From assembly GCA_903908715.1 (NCBI GenBank), contig CAIVSY010000063.1:30113-94112 (forward strand): a stretch of DNA of 64,000 nucleotides, in the 5' to 3' direction. Position 1 is the first letter of the stretch, and every line of letters starts with the position of its first letter. This DNA is from an uncultured bacterium (lineage in GTDB: Bacteria; Verrucomicrobiota; Kiritimatiellia; CAIKKV01; CAITUY01). A program made the translations under genes and the position numbers. The notes beneath the pieces are model-generated. The model was not told the origin of the DNA, searched no databases, and was given only the letters and a program-made list of their open reading frames with translations. Shown here piece by piece: positions 28,269 to 38,496 of the stretch.

Positions 28269-29225
28269 TCATTCCTGCGATTTCAACCTTGGGTCCAGCG
28301 CATCCCGCAAAGCATCCCCGACCAGATTGAACGCAAGTACGACAACCACAATGACCACTGTCACGGCGGTCATTTCCCACCATACGCCCTGCCATAAACG
28401 CAGGCGCGCATTACTGACCATCACACCCCAGGAAGGTTCCCCCTGGACTCCAATTCCCAGGAAACTCATGAAAACCTCCGTTCCGATCGCCGCCGGAAAC
28501 CGCAACGAAAACGTGATAATGATAATATGAAACACGTTGGGAAGGATATGCCGAAATACAATTCGTCCTGAACTGAAGCCAAGCGACCGGGCGGCCATGA
28601 CATAAGCCCGTTCCCGGTGCTTCATGACCTCTGCCCGCACGAGTCGGCAGAGTCCCACCCAGGTCGTCAGGCCGATTCCAAGATAAATCCCCATCAATCC
28701 CTTGCCCACCACCATAGCGATCGCCAGCACAAAAAGCAGCCCCGGCATGCAGGCCACCGTCGTATACAACCAGACGACCAGATCGTCAACCCACCGCCCG
28801 AAATACCCGGCCACGCACCCGAGTACCACGCCTATCGGGATCGCGATGAGCGAGGTGACCACTCCCACAAGGAACGCAATCCGCGCCCCCTGGATGGTTC
28901 GCTGGAGGACATCCCGCCCGAGGTTATCCGTACCCAGGGGATGATTTGCCAGTCGGCACGCAACCGTGGCCAGCCCCGGCAATGCCCCATCCGGCGACGG
29001 CGCCAGCGGATGGCGGAACACGCTGGGAGGGATATACCGCTTCTGCAAATCCACCCGCTGGTACGGCGGCGTCTGATCCTTAAACCGGTACCACTGGTGC
29101 AGAATCTCCCCATAGAGCGCAAGAACAAGAAACGCGCCCAGAACCCATAGACACGAACAAATCATCCGCCGCCTGCGCAACTGCTGCCAGGCTGTCGCCC
29201 ACAAGGATGTTCCCTTCTCGTTCAT
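28269..29225 (-). CDS. Oligo/dipeptide ABC transporter permease (OppC/DppC-like)
   Basis: HPLGTDNLGRD, EAA-type loop YVMAARSLG, FLGIG, PSWG, GDALRDALDPR. Confidence 0.9.
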   Translation of the reverse strand: MNEKGTSLWATAWQQLRRRRMICSCLWVLGAFLVLALYGEILHQWYRFKDQTPPYQRVDLQKRYIPPSVFRHPLAPSPDGALPGLATVACRLANHPLGTDNLGRDVLQRTIQGARIAFLVGVVTSLIAIPIGVVLGCVAGYFGRWVDDLVVWLYTTVACMPGLLFVLAIAMVVGKGLMGIYLGIGLTTWVGLCRLVRAEVMKHRERAYVMAARSLGFSSGRIVFRHILPNVFHIIIITFSLRFPAAIGTEVFMSFLGIGVQGEPSWGVMVSNARLRLWQGVWWEMTAVTVVIVVVVLAFNLVGDALRDALDPRLKSQE

Positions 29226-29227
29226 TC

Positions 29228-30556
29228 TCACCGCAACTTGACCCTCGGATCCACCAGCGCATAGCAAATATCCGAAACCAGGCTCGCCCCGGCATAGAGC
29301 AGCGCACCGACCCAGACAACACCGCGAACCACTTCAACATCCGAGGAATTGATCGCGTTGATACTCATGCCTCCCAAGCCCGGGATTCCAAAGAAACTCT
29401 CCAGCAGGAGGCTTCCTGTGTACAGAAACGGAATCGCGACAACCGTATTCGTGATGACGGGTATCATGGCATTGGGCAATACATGCCCGAAGAGTACTCC
29501 GGCCGGACTTCGTCCTTTTGCAAAAGCCGTCCTTACATAATCCTTATACATCTCATCCAGCATAATAGTCCGGTAGAACCGGAGATTAGCCCCCATCGAA
29601 CTTACGATCCCTATGAAAACCGGCAGCAGGAGATTGGTCCATGATTCCATCCCCCAGATCGGGAACCAGCTGAGCTTATAGGCCAGGAAGAATTGCCCGA
29701 TGATGATCCAAATCAGGTAATTGATGCTAAGGAGCGCCACGGAAAAAAACACAAGGGCACGATCCGGCCAACGGTCGCGGAAATAGGCGCATATGAGCGC
29801 GAGGCTGAGCGAAAGCACAAGTTCCCCAACAAATATCGGCACGGTCAGGAGCAGGGACGGTCCCACCCCGCGGCGGAGCATCGTGGTAACCTTCTGGCTT
29901 GTGGCAATGGATTCACCGAGATCCCACCGCAAAAGTTTTCCCAAAAAATGAATCAACTGCGAGTCAAACACATGCAGCACCCTGCGCTGCAAACGAATGG
30001 ATCGCAGTTCAATCCCGCCCTGCAATCCCTCCAATACCAGTGTATCGTCCGACTCGACCTTGAAGCACAAATCCCTTCGAGTCCAACCCCTGCCTGCAGT
30101 CACTGCCGCTTCCGCTACTGCGTCCGTCCCCTCCATGAGCCGCAGAACTCCGCCTTCTGCAGAACGGCACACCACTCGCAAACGGTACGCGGTGCCCTTG
30201 CGCAGGCCAAATGCAGTCGGCAATCGGTACCGCCCACCGGGCATCACCCGCCGATACCCACCCCCGCTGCTTGCTGCGGAGTCCGTCCCGACAGGCAGTA
30301 CCGCCGGGCTTGACATACCCTCCTTGGACTCCCAGGCAGGCAATGCACGTGTATCCGTCCAGAACCCCGCAAACAAGGGCTTGTTGAACCCCTTCTGCTC
30401 GTCAAACTCTTCCAGGGCCTGCGGTGAAGCATTCTTCCCCAGCGCTACAGACGCCGGACTGCCGCCCACCGCATAAAAAAGAATGAATGTAATGAGAATG
30501 ACCCCGAACACCGTCGGGATCAGGTACAGCAACCGGCGTATGATGAAACGGATCAC
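29228..30556 (-). CDS. Oligo/dipeptide ABC transporter permease (OppB/DppB-like) with a large inserted extracytoplasmic domain
   Basis: FIIRRLL..IPT, DLGES, DYVRTAFAKG, ESFFGIPGLG, DPRVK; about 130 extra aa after GFNKPLF. Confidence 0.9.
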   Translation of the reverse strand: MIRFIIRRLLYLIPTVFGVILITFILFYAVGGSPASVALGKNASPQALEEFDEQKGFNKPLFAGFWTDTRALPAWESKEGMSSPAVLPVGTDSAASSGGGYRRVMPGGRYRLPTAFGLRKGTAYRLRVVCRSAEGGVLRLMEGTDAVAEAAVTAGRGWTRRDLCFKVESDDTLVLEGLQGGIELRSIRLQRRVLHVFDSQLIHFLGKLLRWDLGESIATSQKVTTMLRRGVGPSLLLTVPIFVGELVLSLSLALICAYFRDRWPDRALVFFSVALLSINYLIWIIIGQFFLAYKLSWFPIWGMESWTNLLLPVFIGIVSSMGANLRFYRTIMLDEMYKDYVRTAFAKGRSPAGVLFGHVLPNAMIPVITNTVVAIPFLYTGSLLLESFFGIPGLGGMSINAINSSDVEVVRGVVWVGALLYAGASLVSDICYALVDPRVKLR

Positions 30557-30568
30557 AAGGGATAAGGA

Positions 30569-31912
30569 TCAAAAGGGAAGTTTGTATTCCTGGATTTTTC
30601 GTTGAATGGTGCGTGTGGAGACGCCAAGCTCATCCGCGGTAAGTTGACGGTTCCCATTATGGCGTCGAAGTGCGGACAATATAGCCGTTCTCTCGATTTC
30701 CACAAGCGTCATTCCAGCCGTCGTTGCAGAGGGAACTCCCGACCGGCCAAGCTGGATGGCATCAGGGCCTAGCATGCGGCTCCCCGCAAGAATAACAGCC
30801 GACTCGATAACGTTTCGCAATTCACGGATATTCCCGGGCCAGGTGTGGCCGCGCAGTTTGCTCCATGTCTCAGGCAGAATCCCGTCAATCTGCCGCCCGT
30901 GGTCGGCGCACGCCGCCTTCACAAAACGCAGGGCAAGCTCAGGGATATCCTCCATCCGCTCGCGCAAGGCAGGGATACGGATCGTGACGACCTGCAAGCG
31001 GTATAACAGATCATTCCGGAACTCCCCGGCTGCGACCAATTCCTCGAGATCACGATTCGAGGCCGCCACAATACGGCAATCCACCTTGACGGGCGCTCGC
31101 CCGCCTACACGCAGAACCTCCCTGTGTTCCAGCACCCGCAACAGACGGGCTTGGACCGACTTGGGCGCAATTCCAACCTCATCCAGGAAAAGGGTCCCGC
31201 CCTCCGCCCTCTCAAACGCGCCTGCGTGGCGCTCGGATGCACCCGTAAAGGCTCCCTTTTCATGCCCGAACAACTCCGATTCAAGCAGGGACTCCGTGAA
31301 CGCTCCACAGTTGACTGCCACAAAGGGGCCTTCAGCCCGGCGACTGTCGACATGTAAGGCCCGCGCTACAAGCTCCTTGCCGGTTCCACTCTCGCCCAGG
31401 ATCAGGACTGTGGCATTCGTATCCGCCACGGATGCAATCTGCTTCAGAATCTCCTGCATCCTGCCGGATGCCGCCACCATGGAACGGGCACTATGCCGCA
31501 CACGCATCTCGTCACTCAGGCGGGCCACCTCCGAACGCAGTCGACTGGCTTCCACAGCCCTCCGTATCTTGACTTGAAGGTCTTCCAGATCGAGAGGCTT
31601 GACCAGATAATCATAACCACCATGATGCAAAGCGCTTACAGCGGTATCCACGGATCCGTAAGCCGTCATGATAAGGATAGGAATCGAAGGCTTCTGTCGC
31701 CGCACTGCGTCGAGGACCTTCAGGCCGTCCACATCCGGAAGAACGAGATCCGAAAGCACAACCTGAATGCTTTCACGAAGAGCCAAATCAATCCCCGACT
31801 GCCCGGTAGCCGCCGTGAGAACCTTGTAGCCGCAATCCCGTATCGCATCCTCAACGGACCGCCTGCCGTCAGGATCATCCTCGATAACAAGAATGGTCGG
31901 TTCTCTATTCAC
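30569..31912 (-). CDS. sigma54-dependent response regulator (REC-AAA+-Fis HTH, NtrC family)
   Basis: VIEDD, SDL (phospho-Asp), GESGTGKE, ESELFGHEKGAFTGA, FLDE, WPGNIREL, HTH. Confidence 0.94.
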   Translation of the reverse strand: MNREPTILVIEDDPDGRRSVEDAIRDCGYKVLTAATGQSGIDLALRESIQVVLSDLVLPDVDGLKVLDAVRRQKPSIPILIMTAYGSVDTAVSALHHGGYDYLVKPLDLEDLQVKIRRAVEASRLRSEVARLSDEMRVRHSARSMVAASGRMQEILKQIASVADTNATVLILGESGTGKELVARALHVDSRRAEGPFVAVNCGAFTESLLESELFGHEKGAFTGASERHAGAFERAEGGTLFLDEVGIAPKSVQARLLRVLEHREVLRVGGRAPVKVDCRIVAASNRDLEELVAAGEFRNDLLYRLQVVTIRIPALRERMEDIPELALRFVKAACADHGRQIDGILPETWSKLRGHTWPGNIRELRNVIESAVILAGSRMLGPDAIQLGRSGVPSATTAGMTLVEIERTAILSALRRHNGNRQLTADELGVSTRTIQRKIQEYKLPF

Positions 31913-32091
31913 AGTTCAGCACCACAATCGGTTGTTCCATAGCAGTTACATACCATGCGTTTCTCTTCCGGGCAAGAATACGGATCGTCCGCTGCAACCT
32001 GATCCGATCCGTCTACAATAATGGATTGCAATTCCATTCGCAAAAAAGACATGATCCATCGTCAATTGAGCCGTTTTATACACATGGGGAC

Positions 32092-33156
32092 ATGACTATG
32101 AATTCACGCGAACGCATGCTGGCAGCAATTAACAGAAAGCCGGTTGACCGGATTCCGACGGACCTATGGGCGACTGGAGAGGTTATGGAGAAGCTGCGCC
32201 GCCACTTTGGGGATGGGGTTGATATAGATCGGCAGCTACACATCGATGGGTTTGCCTGCGTTGAGCCAGAGTATGTCGGTCCCGCTCTACCCGAAGTGCC
32301 CCCGGGCGAGTCTGTTGATTTCTGGGGTATGCGAACCAAGACAGTGCCACACGAGGGAGGCGCGTACAGCGAGCAGTGCTTTTATCCCCTTGCCGAAGCA
32401 CAAACCATTGACGACTTGAACAGGTATACTTGGCCGCAAACCGGATGGTTTGATTATTCGGGCATGAAAGCCAAGGCAAAGGCCGCCGCCAAGGCTCATG
32501 CTGTGCAGTGCGGTTACATGGCACCCTTCTATTTCCACAACAACCTCCGGGGGCTTGAACAATCCCTGATCGACCCCCTCATTGACCCGGAATTCACCCA
32601 TCATCTGCTCTCCCGGATTTCAGATTTCTTCTACAACCATCACCGCAGGATGTTCGAGGCTTGCGAAGGGCTGATTGATGTCGCCCAGGTGACCGATGAT
32701 CTTGGCAGTCAGTCTGGCCCGCTCATCAGCCTGGAGCTTTATCTGGAGTTCTACGCTCCGCACCACAAGCGCATGATCGACCTCTGTCATGAATTTGGCA
32801 TCAAGGTCTTCCATCATGATGACGGCAGCTGCCGCCCTTTTCTCCCGACGCTGGTTGAAATGGGAATTGACGTGCTGAATCCCATCCAGTGGACCTGCCC
32901 TGGGATGAGCATGACAGAACTCAAGACCGAGTATGGCGAACAGATTTGTTTTCATGGCGCCGTCGAAAACCAGCGCATACTGCCGTTCGGCACGCAGGAG
33001 GAGGTGCGGGCCGAAGTGCGTCATTGCATCGATTCCCTCGCCGGAAATGGCACAGGATACATTCTGGCATCCTGCCACAACCTGCAGGTGAACACCCCGG
33101 TCGAGAACATCATCGCAATGTACGACGAAGCCTGGCGCTATGGAAAACGTTTCTGA
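32092..33156 (+). CDS. Uroporphyrinogen decarboxylase-superfamily protein (MtaA/CmuA-like corrinoid methyltransferase or URO-D-like)
   Basis: RERMLAAI....VDRIP, DFWG, LRGLEQ.L.D, DDLGSQ.GPLIS, HDDG, LNPIQ, GYIL..CHNLQ. Confidence 0.82.
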   Translation: MTMNSRERMLAAINRKPVDRIPTDLWATGEVMEKLRRHFGDGVDIDRQLHIDGFACVEPEYVGPALPEVPPGESVDFWGMRTKTVPHEGGAYSEQCFYPLAEAQTIDDLNRYTWPQTGWFDYSGMKAKAKAAAKAHAVQCGYMAPFYFHNNLRGLEQSLIDPLIDPEFTHHLLSRISDFFYNHHRRMFEACEGLIDVAQVTDDLGSQSGPLISLELYLEFYAPHHKRMIDLCHEFGIKVFHHDDGSCRPFLPTLVEMGIDVLNPIQWTCPGMSMTELKTEYGEQICFHGAVENQRILPFGTQEEVRAEVRHCIDSLAGNGTGYILASCHNLQVNTPVENIIAMYDEAWRYGKRF

Positions 33157-33199
33157 ACCCTGCCTGCGCCGGACCCTCTGAGTGCGCATACCCAGAAAA

Positions 33200-33285
33200 T
33201 GGTGCCCGGGGTGGGAGTCGAACCCACACACCCTTGCGGATAAGGGATTTTAAGTCCCTTGTGTCTGCCATTTCACCACCCGGGC
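33200..33285 (-). tRNA. tRNA-Leu (anticodon UAA)
   Basis: GCCCGGG acceptor stem, GGTGAAATGGCAGACAC D-arm, AGGGA-CTTAAAA-TCCCT anticodon arm, long variable arm, GGTTCGACTCC T-loop, encoded CCA; 86 nt. Confidence 0.97.
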
Positions 33286-33304
33286 CGGCATGGAAAAGGG
33301 GGGT

Positions 33305-33333
33305 ACTTTATCATCAAAAGCCGGGCTTCTCAA
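33305..33333 (-). promoter_or_regulatory. sigma70 promoter for tRNA-Leu
   Basis: TTGAGA-N17-TAAAGT with extended -10 TG and a C-rich discriminator (ACCCCC), 20 nt upstream of the tRNA. Confidence 0.6.
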
Positions 33334-33368
33334 CAGGTCTCGCAAGAAAACACAGGGCTCTCCCTGCA

Positions 33369-34421
33369 TCACATCTGCTTCTGGCGATAGCTCTCCACTT
33401 CCCACTGTTCAATGAATTCCCGCTGTCGATCGTCGAGGAAGCGCACACCTCCAAACGCCTCCGCCAATTGCCCGACTAAAGCACCATCCCGGGCCAGTTC
33501 AAGCGACAAGGCCGCCTTTTTAATTGTTGGCCCCGCTGCATATACGCCTTGATTCGTCACAAAAACCTGCGGTGTATATCCCCATCGCCTGCGGAATGCC
33601 TCCAAGCCGTCCGCAGTCACATCGCCCTCATAGGGAAACGCCTTGGAATATACAATGTGATCCGGGGAAATCGGCCCTTTGACCGCCTTGAAATTGCCTC
33701 CGCAGACGACCACCCAACCATCGGTCGCGACTAGTCGCTGTATTTCAGCCATGACAGTGTTCCCGGCAGCGGGCGTCACCGCCAGGCACTCCTGCAGCCC
33801 GGCGGAACGGTACACCCTTTTCAACGTTTCCATGATCTTGCCGTAGTGGCCGCGCACTTCCTCAACCGCATCCCCCGTAACAAAGACCCCATGGTTTTGC
33901 AGGAATAAGACAGCGGGAGTACGCCCCCGTTGTCCGGCGTATTCCCGAACCCTGCGGCGGACATCCATGCAAAGCGAGAAACCGGGATCCACGTAGGGCA
34001 CCCATAAAGCGTCCGGGAACAGCTTCTCACAAGCCTCGCGCCCATTGAGGGAACAGGTCATGCCGTTCACCAGCGCAGGATGCGTGTGTACAACAAAAGT
34101 CTCCTCCAGAACATCATGCAGTGGGGCCTCGACCGAAGGCCGCCCCGCCTGACCCTGCCGGACAGCCTTTTCCATCATTTCCTTGACCAGTGCTTCTCTC
34201 TTCTGAGCATCAGCCGGCACGCAGATTGAATACAGCAATCCCAGGCGTTCCCTGTCCACTTCCACGAAAGCATTGGGCTGCAACCCCTCAAGCGTTGTCC
34301 CGGAAGGCTTGACCCACAAGGAGGACCCATTCTTTGCCGACGTGTTTCCCCCGCCCCCCTTAACGTATTCCGCTGTTCCGAATTCGTGAGAAAGAAGTGT
34401 AACTGCTGTCAGAATGTCCAT
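33369..34421 (-). CDS. Class II aldolase/adducin family protein (resembles the aldolase half of RhaEW-type enzymes)
   Basis: GGGGNTSAK, KPSG, RPSVEAPLH, VVHTHP, LQNHG, PDHIVY. Confidence 0.85.
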   Translation of the reverse strand: MDILTAVTLLSHEFGTAEYVKGGGGNTSAKNGSSLWVKPSGTTLEGLQPNAFVEVDRERLGLLYSICVPADAQKREALVKEMMEKAVRQGQAGRPSVEAPLHDVLEETFVVHTHPALVNGMTCSLNGREACEKLFPDALWVPYVDPGFSLCMDVRRRVREYAGQRGRTPAVLFLQNHGVFVTGDAVEEVRGHYGKIMETLKRVYRSAGLQECLAVTPAAGNTVMAEIQRLVATDGWVVVCGGNFKAVKGPISPDHIVYSKAFPYEGDVTADGLEAFRRRWGYTPQVFVTNQGVYAAGPTIKKAALSLELARDGALVGQLAEAFGGVRFLDDRQREFIEQWEVESYRQKQM

Positions 34422-34545
34422 GTTCGATCTTTCCGCCGGTTATTTGAGAAATGCAACGGCTATGGACAATATACTCCTGGTGTCTTCCGGCAACAATCCA
34501 TTATCAATCAAGTGCCGCACAGGCACTCAAGAGGAACCAACCGGC

Positions 34546-35172
34546 CTACCGCACCCCATACACATCCAGAAGCGACGCCCCGGCCTCGTCCAGATCCCGT
34601 CCGAACGCAATCACTCCGTCCTCGTGTCCTCCCATAACAGCCACCTTCAGCCGGAGCAGGTCACTCTCGCGGTACAATCGCGCCAGTTCATAACCCATTT
34701 GCGGGGTACCATACTCGACGGAACGAGACGTTGTCGGCCATCGGTCCATCAATCGGTTCCACAAGCCCGCATGATGAACGTGGATCACCGCACCGATCCC
34801 GCAGTCAACCTGATACAGAACCGCATGTGTCATACACTCCGCGGACGGCGAGACAGATCCCTCTTCCGCCCGGTACAACACCTGGTTCCGCTCAAGGTCG
34901 CAATGCGAAACCATGCAATATTCGCGCGCCGTCAATTCGGCAACCTGCCCCGTCCGTGTTGCCGTAATCAGGAAACCGTCCGATATCCGGATGCTGAGAT
35001 TCCCGAATCCCACGCCCGCCAGCACACCCTCCCGGTATGCACCAATCATATCGAGAGCACGCAAGCGGGTACGCCAACGGTTCAATGCGGCCACATCGGC
35101 CGGATCGGCATGACCGATCCCTGCGAACAGGGCCGTGAACTTGAAATACCCTTCTCTCGGCTGCGTACCCAT
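34546..35172 (-). CDS. Class II aldolase/adducin family protein (short form)
   Basis: FGNLSIR, FLITAT, PSAECMTHAVLY, VIHVHH, GGHEDG. Confidence 0.85.
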   Translation of the reverse strand: MGTQPREGYFKFTALFAGIGHADPADVAALNRWRTRLRALDMIGAYREGVLAGVGFGNLSIRISDGFLITATRTGQVAELTAREYCMVSHCDLERNQVLYRAEEGSVSPSAECMTHAVLYQVDCGIGAVIHVHHAGLWNRLMDRWPTTSRSVEYGTPQMGYELARLYRESDLLRLKVAVMGGHEDGVIAFGRDLDEAGASLLDVYGVR

Positions 35173-35175
35173 CGC

Positions 35176-38100
35176 CTAGCCATCCAGATTCGCCTTGCGG
35201 CGTGGCGACTTGGGTGTCCCCACCAGCGATGGGAACTTGATACTCGGGGAATGCCGGTGGAACTCCTGCACACTGCATACTTCAATCCGTCCGGATTCAC
35301 GCATGGCGCATATTCCGGTCAAAGCCGCCCGCATGCCGTGGACGGTTGTCGTGATCGGGATATTCCGGATGACCGCATGCGACCTCATCTTGACTTCGTC
35401 AATCTTCGGCGCTGGCCCGCTGGATGGTGTGTTGACAATCCATTGCACACGCTTTTCCTCAATCAGGTCGACAACATTCGGGCGCCCCTCGGAGATCCGG
35501 AACAGGGCGTGTGTCGGGATCCCGTTCGACCACAAGAGCGTACTTGTCCCCACCGTGGCAAAAATCGTGAACCCCATCTCGTGCAGCTGACGGGCCATGG
35601 GCAGGATCTCAGCCTTATCCTCGTCGCGAACGCTGAGGAAAACATTTCCTTTCGCGGGGAGCGGATTCCCGGCCGCAATCTGGCTCTTGAGGAATGCCAT
35701 CCCGCTGTTGCTGTCAATCCCCATCACTTCGCCGGTGGACTTCATTTCCGGCGTCAGGATCACATCCACTCCCGGGAAACGGGCAAACGGAAACACCGCC
35801 TCCTTTACCGAAAAATGCCGCGGCACGATCTCCGTTGTGTACCCCATATCCTTGAGTTTGAACCCCGCCATTACCAAAGCCGCCAGCTTGGCTAGTGGCA
35901 CCCCTATTGCCTTGCTGACGAATGGAACTGTCCGCGACGCCCGCGGATTCACCTCCAATACATACACCTGCCCGTCTTTGACGGCATACTGCACATTCAT
36001 CAAACCCATGACCCCGAGCTCTCCGGCCATCAGAATCGTACAACGCCGGATCTCCTCCTTGACAGAGTCCGGCAAGGTCGGCGGCGGTATGGTACAGGCA
36101 CTATCGCCGGAATGAATGCCGGCCAGCTCGACGTGCTCCATGATAGACCCTATGACCGTCGTCTGCCCGTCGGAAATGCAATCCACGTCCACTTCGACAG
36201 CGTTCTCAAGATACCGGTCCACCAGAACCGGCCGCTTCTCGGAAACCTCGACCGCTTCGGCCATGTACTTTCGCAGCATTTCACGGTCATAGACGATCAC
36301 CATGGCCCGGCCCCCAAGAACAAAGGAAGGCCTCATCAGCACAGGATACCCGATTCGCTCGGCGATCTTCTCCGCCTGCTCCACCGTGGTGGCCATGCCG
36401 TTGTCCGGCTGCTTCAATCCGAGTTTACGAATCATCGCCTGGAAAAGATCACGATCCTCGGCGACCTCAATGCTTGCCGGTTTCGTACCGATAATATTGA
36501 CCCCGCTGGCTTCAAGATCCCGCGCCAGGTTCAAGGGCGTCTGCCCTCCGAACTGCACAATCGCCCCCCAGCATTCCTCCCGCCGGTAGATATGCAGGAC
36601 GTCTTCCAGCGTTAACGGTTCAAAATACAGGCGATCACTGGTGTCGTAGTCCGTGGACACCGTTTCGGGGTTGCTGTTAACCATGATGGTCTCGAACCCC
36701 GCCTCGTGTAGCGCAAAGGCCGCGTGCACACAGCAGTAATCAAACTCAATCCCCTGCCCGATCCGGTTGGGCCCGCCGCCGAGAATCATGACCTTCTTCT
36801 TTGTGCTGGCCCGGCTCTCATCCAATTCCCCGTAGGTTGAATAGAAATACGGGGTGAAAGCGGGAAATTCGGCGGCACAGGTATCGACCAATCCGTAGTT
36901 CGGCAGCAGGTTCATGACCTCCCGCGCGTCCCGGACCTCCGCCTCCTTGCACCCCAACAGCCACGCAAGTTGCCGATCCGAATACCCCATCTCCTTTGCC
37001 TGCCGGAAGAGCGCGGCATTCTTCCTCATGCCATCCAGCCCGCACGCCCCGCGGATTTCGTCCTCGTACGCCGCCAGTTCCTCCATATGGCGGAGAAACC
37101 ATGGATCAATTCCGGTGATTTCATGAACACGCTCGACGCTCCATCCCCTCTTGAACGCCGCTCGAATCACGAACACACGCATGGCGTTCGGCCGTTCCAG
37201 CTCCGACTCCAACTTCGCGTCGCTCATTCCCTCAAATGGGCTGTCCTTGCCATCCGCGCCAAAGCCCGCACGCCCCACCTCCAGGGAACGGCACGCCTTC
37301 TGGAAGGACTGCTTGAATGTCCGACCAATACTCATGGCCTCCCCGACGGATTTCATCTGCGTCCCTAGCCGACTGTCCACTCCAGGGAATTTCTCAAATG
37401 CAAAACGGGGCATCTTGGTGACGACATAATCGATGGCCGGCTCAAAGCATGCGGGCGTCTCACGGGTAATGTCATTCCTCAACTCGTCAAGCGTGTAGCC
37501 TACCGCCAGCTTGGCGGCAATCTTGGCAATCGGAAATCCCGTGGCCTTTGACGCCAGCGCACTGGACCGCGAAACGCGCGGATTCATCTCTATGATCACC
37601 ATCCGCCCGTTACAGGGATTCAAAGCCCATTGCACATTGGATCCGCCTGTATCCACCCCGATCTCCCGCATCACGGCAAGGGAGGCATCCCGCATCCGCT
37701 GATATTCGCGGTCGGTCAAGGTTTGCGCGGGAGCGACCGTAATGCTGTCGCCCGTATGTACGCCCATCGGATCGAGGTTCTCAATCGAACAGACAATCAC
37801 ACAGTTATCCTTGCGGTCCCGCATGACCTCCAGTTCAAATTCCTTCCACCCCAGGACCGACTCCTCGATGAGTACTTCTGAAGTGGGACTGTAGAACAGG
37901 CCGCGACGGACGATTTCCTCGAACTCCCTTGCGTCCCGGGCAATACCGCCTCCCGTTCCGCCCAGCGTGAATCCCGGACGGATGACAACCGGCCAGGACC
38001 CGATCATCTCGCGTACCCTGACCGCCTCTTCCATCGAGTGTGCGGCACCGCTGACCGGAAGATCCATCCCGATCTTCTGCATGGCAGCCTTGAATAGCGC

Positions 38101-38487
38101 CCGGTCCTCCGCCTTGCGGATAATGTCGGCACGGGCCCCGATCATCTCCACCCCGTAACGGTTCAGTATCCCCGAATCATGCAGTTCCACCCCCAGATTC
38201 AACGCGGTCTGACCACCCAGAGTCGGCAACAACGCGTCCGGTCTCTCGCGACGGATAATCTCGCCAAGGATCTCCGCCTTCAGGGGCTCAATATACGTCC
38301 GATCGGCGAACTCCGGATCCGTCATGATGGTGGCCGGATTACTGTTCACCAGAACCAGTTCATACCCTTCCTCCTTCAGCGCCTTGCACGCCTGGACCCC
38401 GGAATAATCAAATTCACAGGCTTGCCCGATGACAATCGGGCCAGACCCTATCAGCATGATCTTCTTTATGTCGGTTCTCTTTGGCAT
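35176..38487 (-). CDS. carB: Carbamoyl-phosphate synthase large subunit
   Basis: [28 protein letters not shown], duplicated ATP-grasp domains, [20 protein letters not shown]-like C-terminus. Confidence 0.98.
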   Translation of the reverse strand: MPKRTDIKKIMLIGSGPIVIGQACEFDYSGVQACKALKEEGYELVLVNSNPATIMTDPEFADRTYIEPLKAEILGEIIRRERPDALLPTLGGQTALNLGVELHDSGILNRYGVEMIGARADIIRKAEDRALFKAAMQKIGMDLPVSGAAHSMEEAVRVREMIGSWPVVIRPGFTLGGTGGGIARDAREFEEIVRRGLFYSPTSEVLIEESVLGWKEFELEVMRDRKDNCVIVCSIENLDPMGVHTGDSITVAPAQTLTDREYQRMRDASLAVMREIGVDTGGSNVQWALNPCNGRMVIIEMNPRVSRSSALASKATGFPIAKIAAKLAVGYTLDELRNDITRETPACFEPAIDYVVTKMPRFAFEKFPGVDSRLGTQMKSVGEAMSIGRTFKQSFQKACRSLEVGRAGFGADGKDSPFEGMSDAKLESELERPNAMRVFVIRAAFKRGWSVERVHEITGIDPWFLRHMEELAAYEDEIRGACGLDGMRKNAALFRQAKEMGYSDRQLAWLLGCKEAEVRDAREVMNLLPNYGLVDTCAAEFPAFTPYFYSTYGELDESRASTKKKVMILGGGPNRIGQGIEFDYCCVHAAFALHEAGFETIMVNSNPETVSTDYDTSDRLYFEPLTLEDVLHIYRREECWGAIVQFGGQTPLNLARDLEASGVNIIGTKPASIEVAEDRDLFQAMIRKLGLKQPDNGMATTVEQAEKIAERIGYPVLMRPSFVLGGRAMVIVYDREMLRKYMAEAVEVSEKRPVLVDRYLENAVEVDVDCISDGQTTVIGSIMEHVELAGIHSGDSACTIPPPTLPDSVKEEIRRCTILMAGELGVMGLMNVQYAVKDGQVYVLEVNPRASRTVPFVSKAIGVPLAKLAALVMAGFKLKDMGYTTEIVPRHFSVKEAVFPFARFPGVDVILTPEMKSTGEVMGIDSNSGMAFLKSQIAAGNPLPAKGNVFLSVRDEDKAEILPMARQLHEMGFTIFATVGTSTLLWSNGIPTHALFRISEGRPNVVDLIEEKRVQWIVNTPSSGPAPKIDEVKMRSHAVIRNIPITTTVHGMRAALTGICAMRESGRIEVCSVQEFHRHSPSIKFPSLVGTPKSPRRKANLDG

Positions 38488-38496
38488 ACGTATACC

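Noticed and set aside
31941-31955. sigma54-like TGGTATGTAACTGCT upstream of the REC-EBP gene
   Set aside because: GG-GC spacing is 9 rather than the required 10.
31980-32012. ACGGATCG-N17-CGATCCGT inverted repeat
   Set aside because: A single 8-bp pair with a long spacer and no second copy or associated feature.
33200-33285. tRNA-Leu as a genomic-island attachment site
   Set aside because: No integrase, and I found no duplicated tRNA 3' end in the window.
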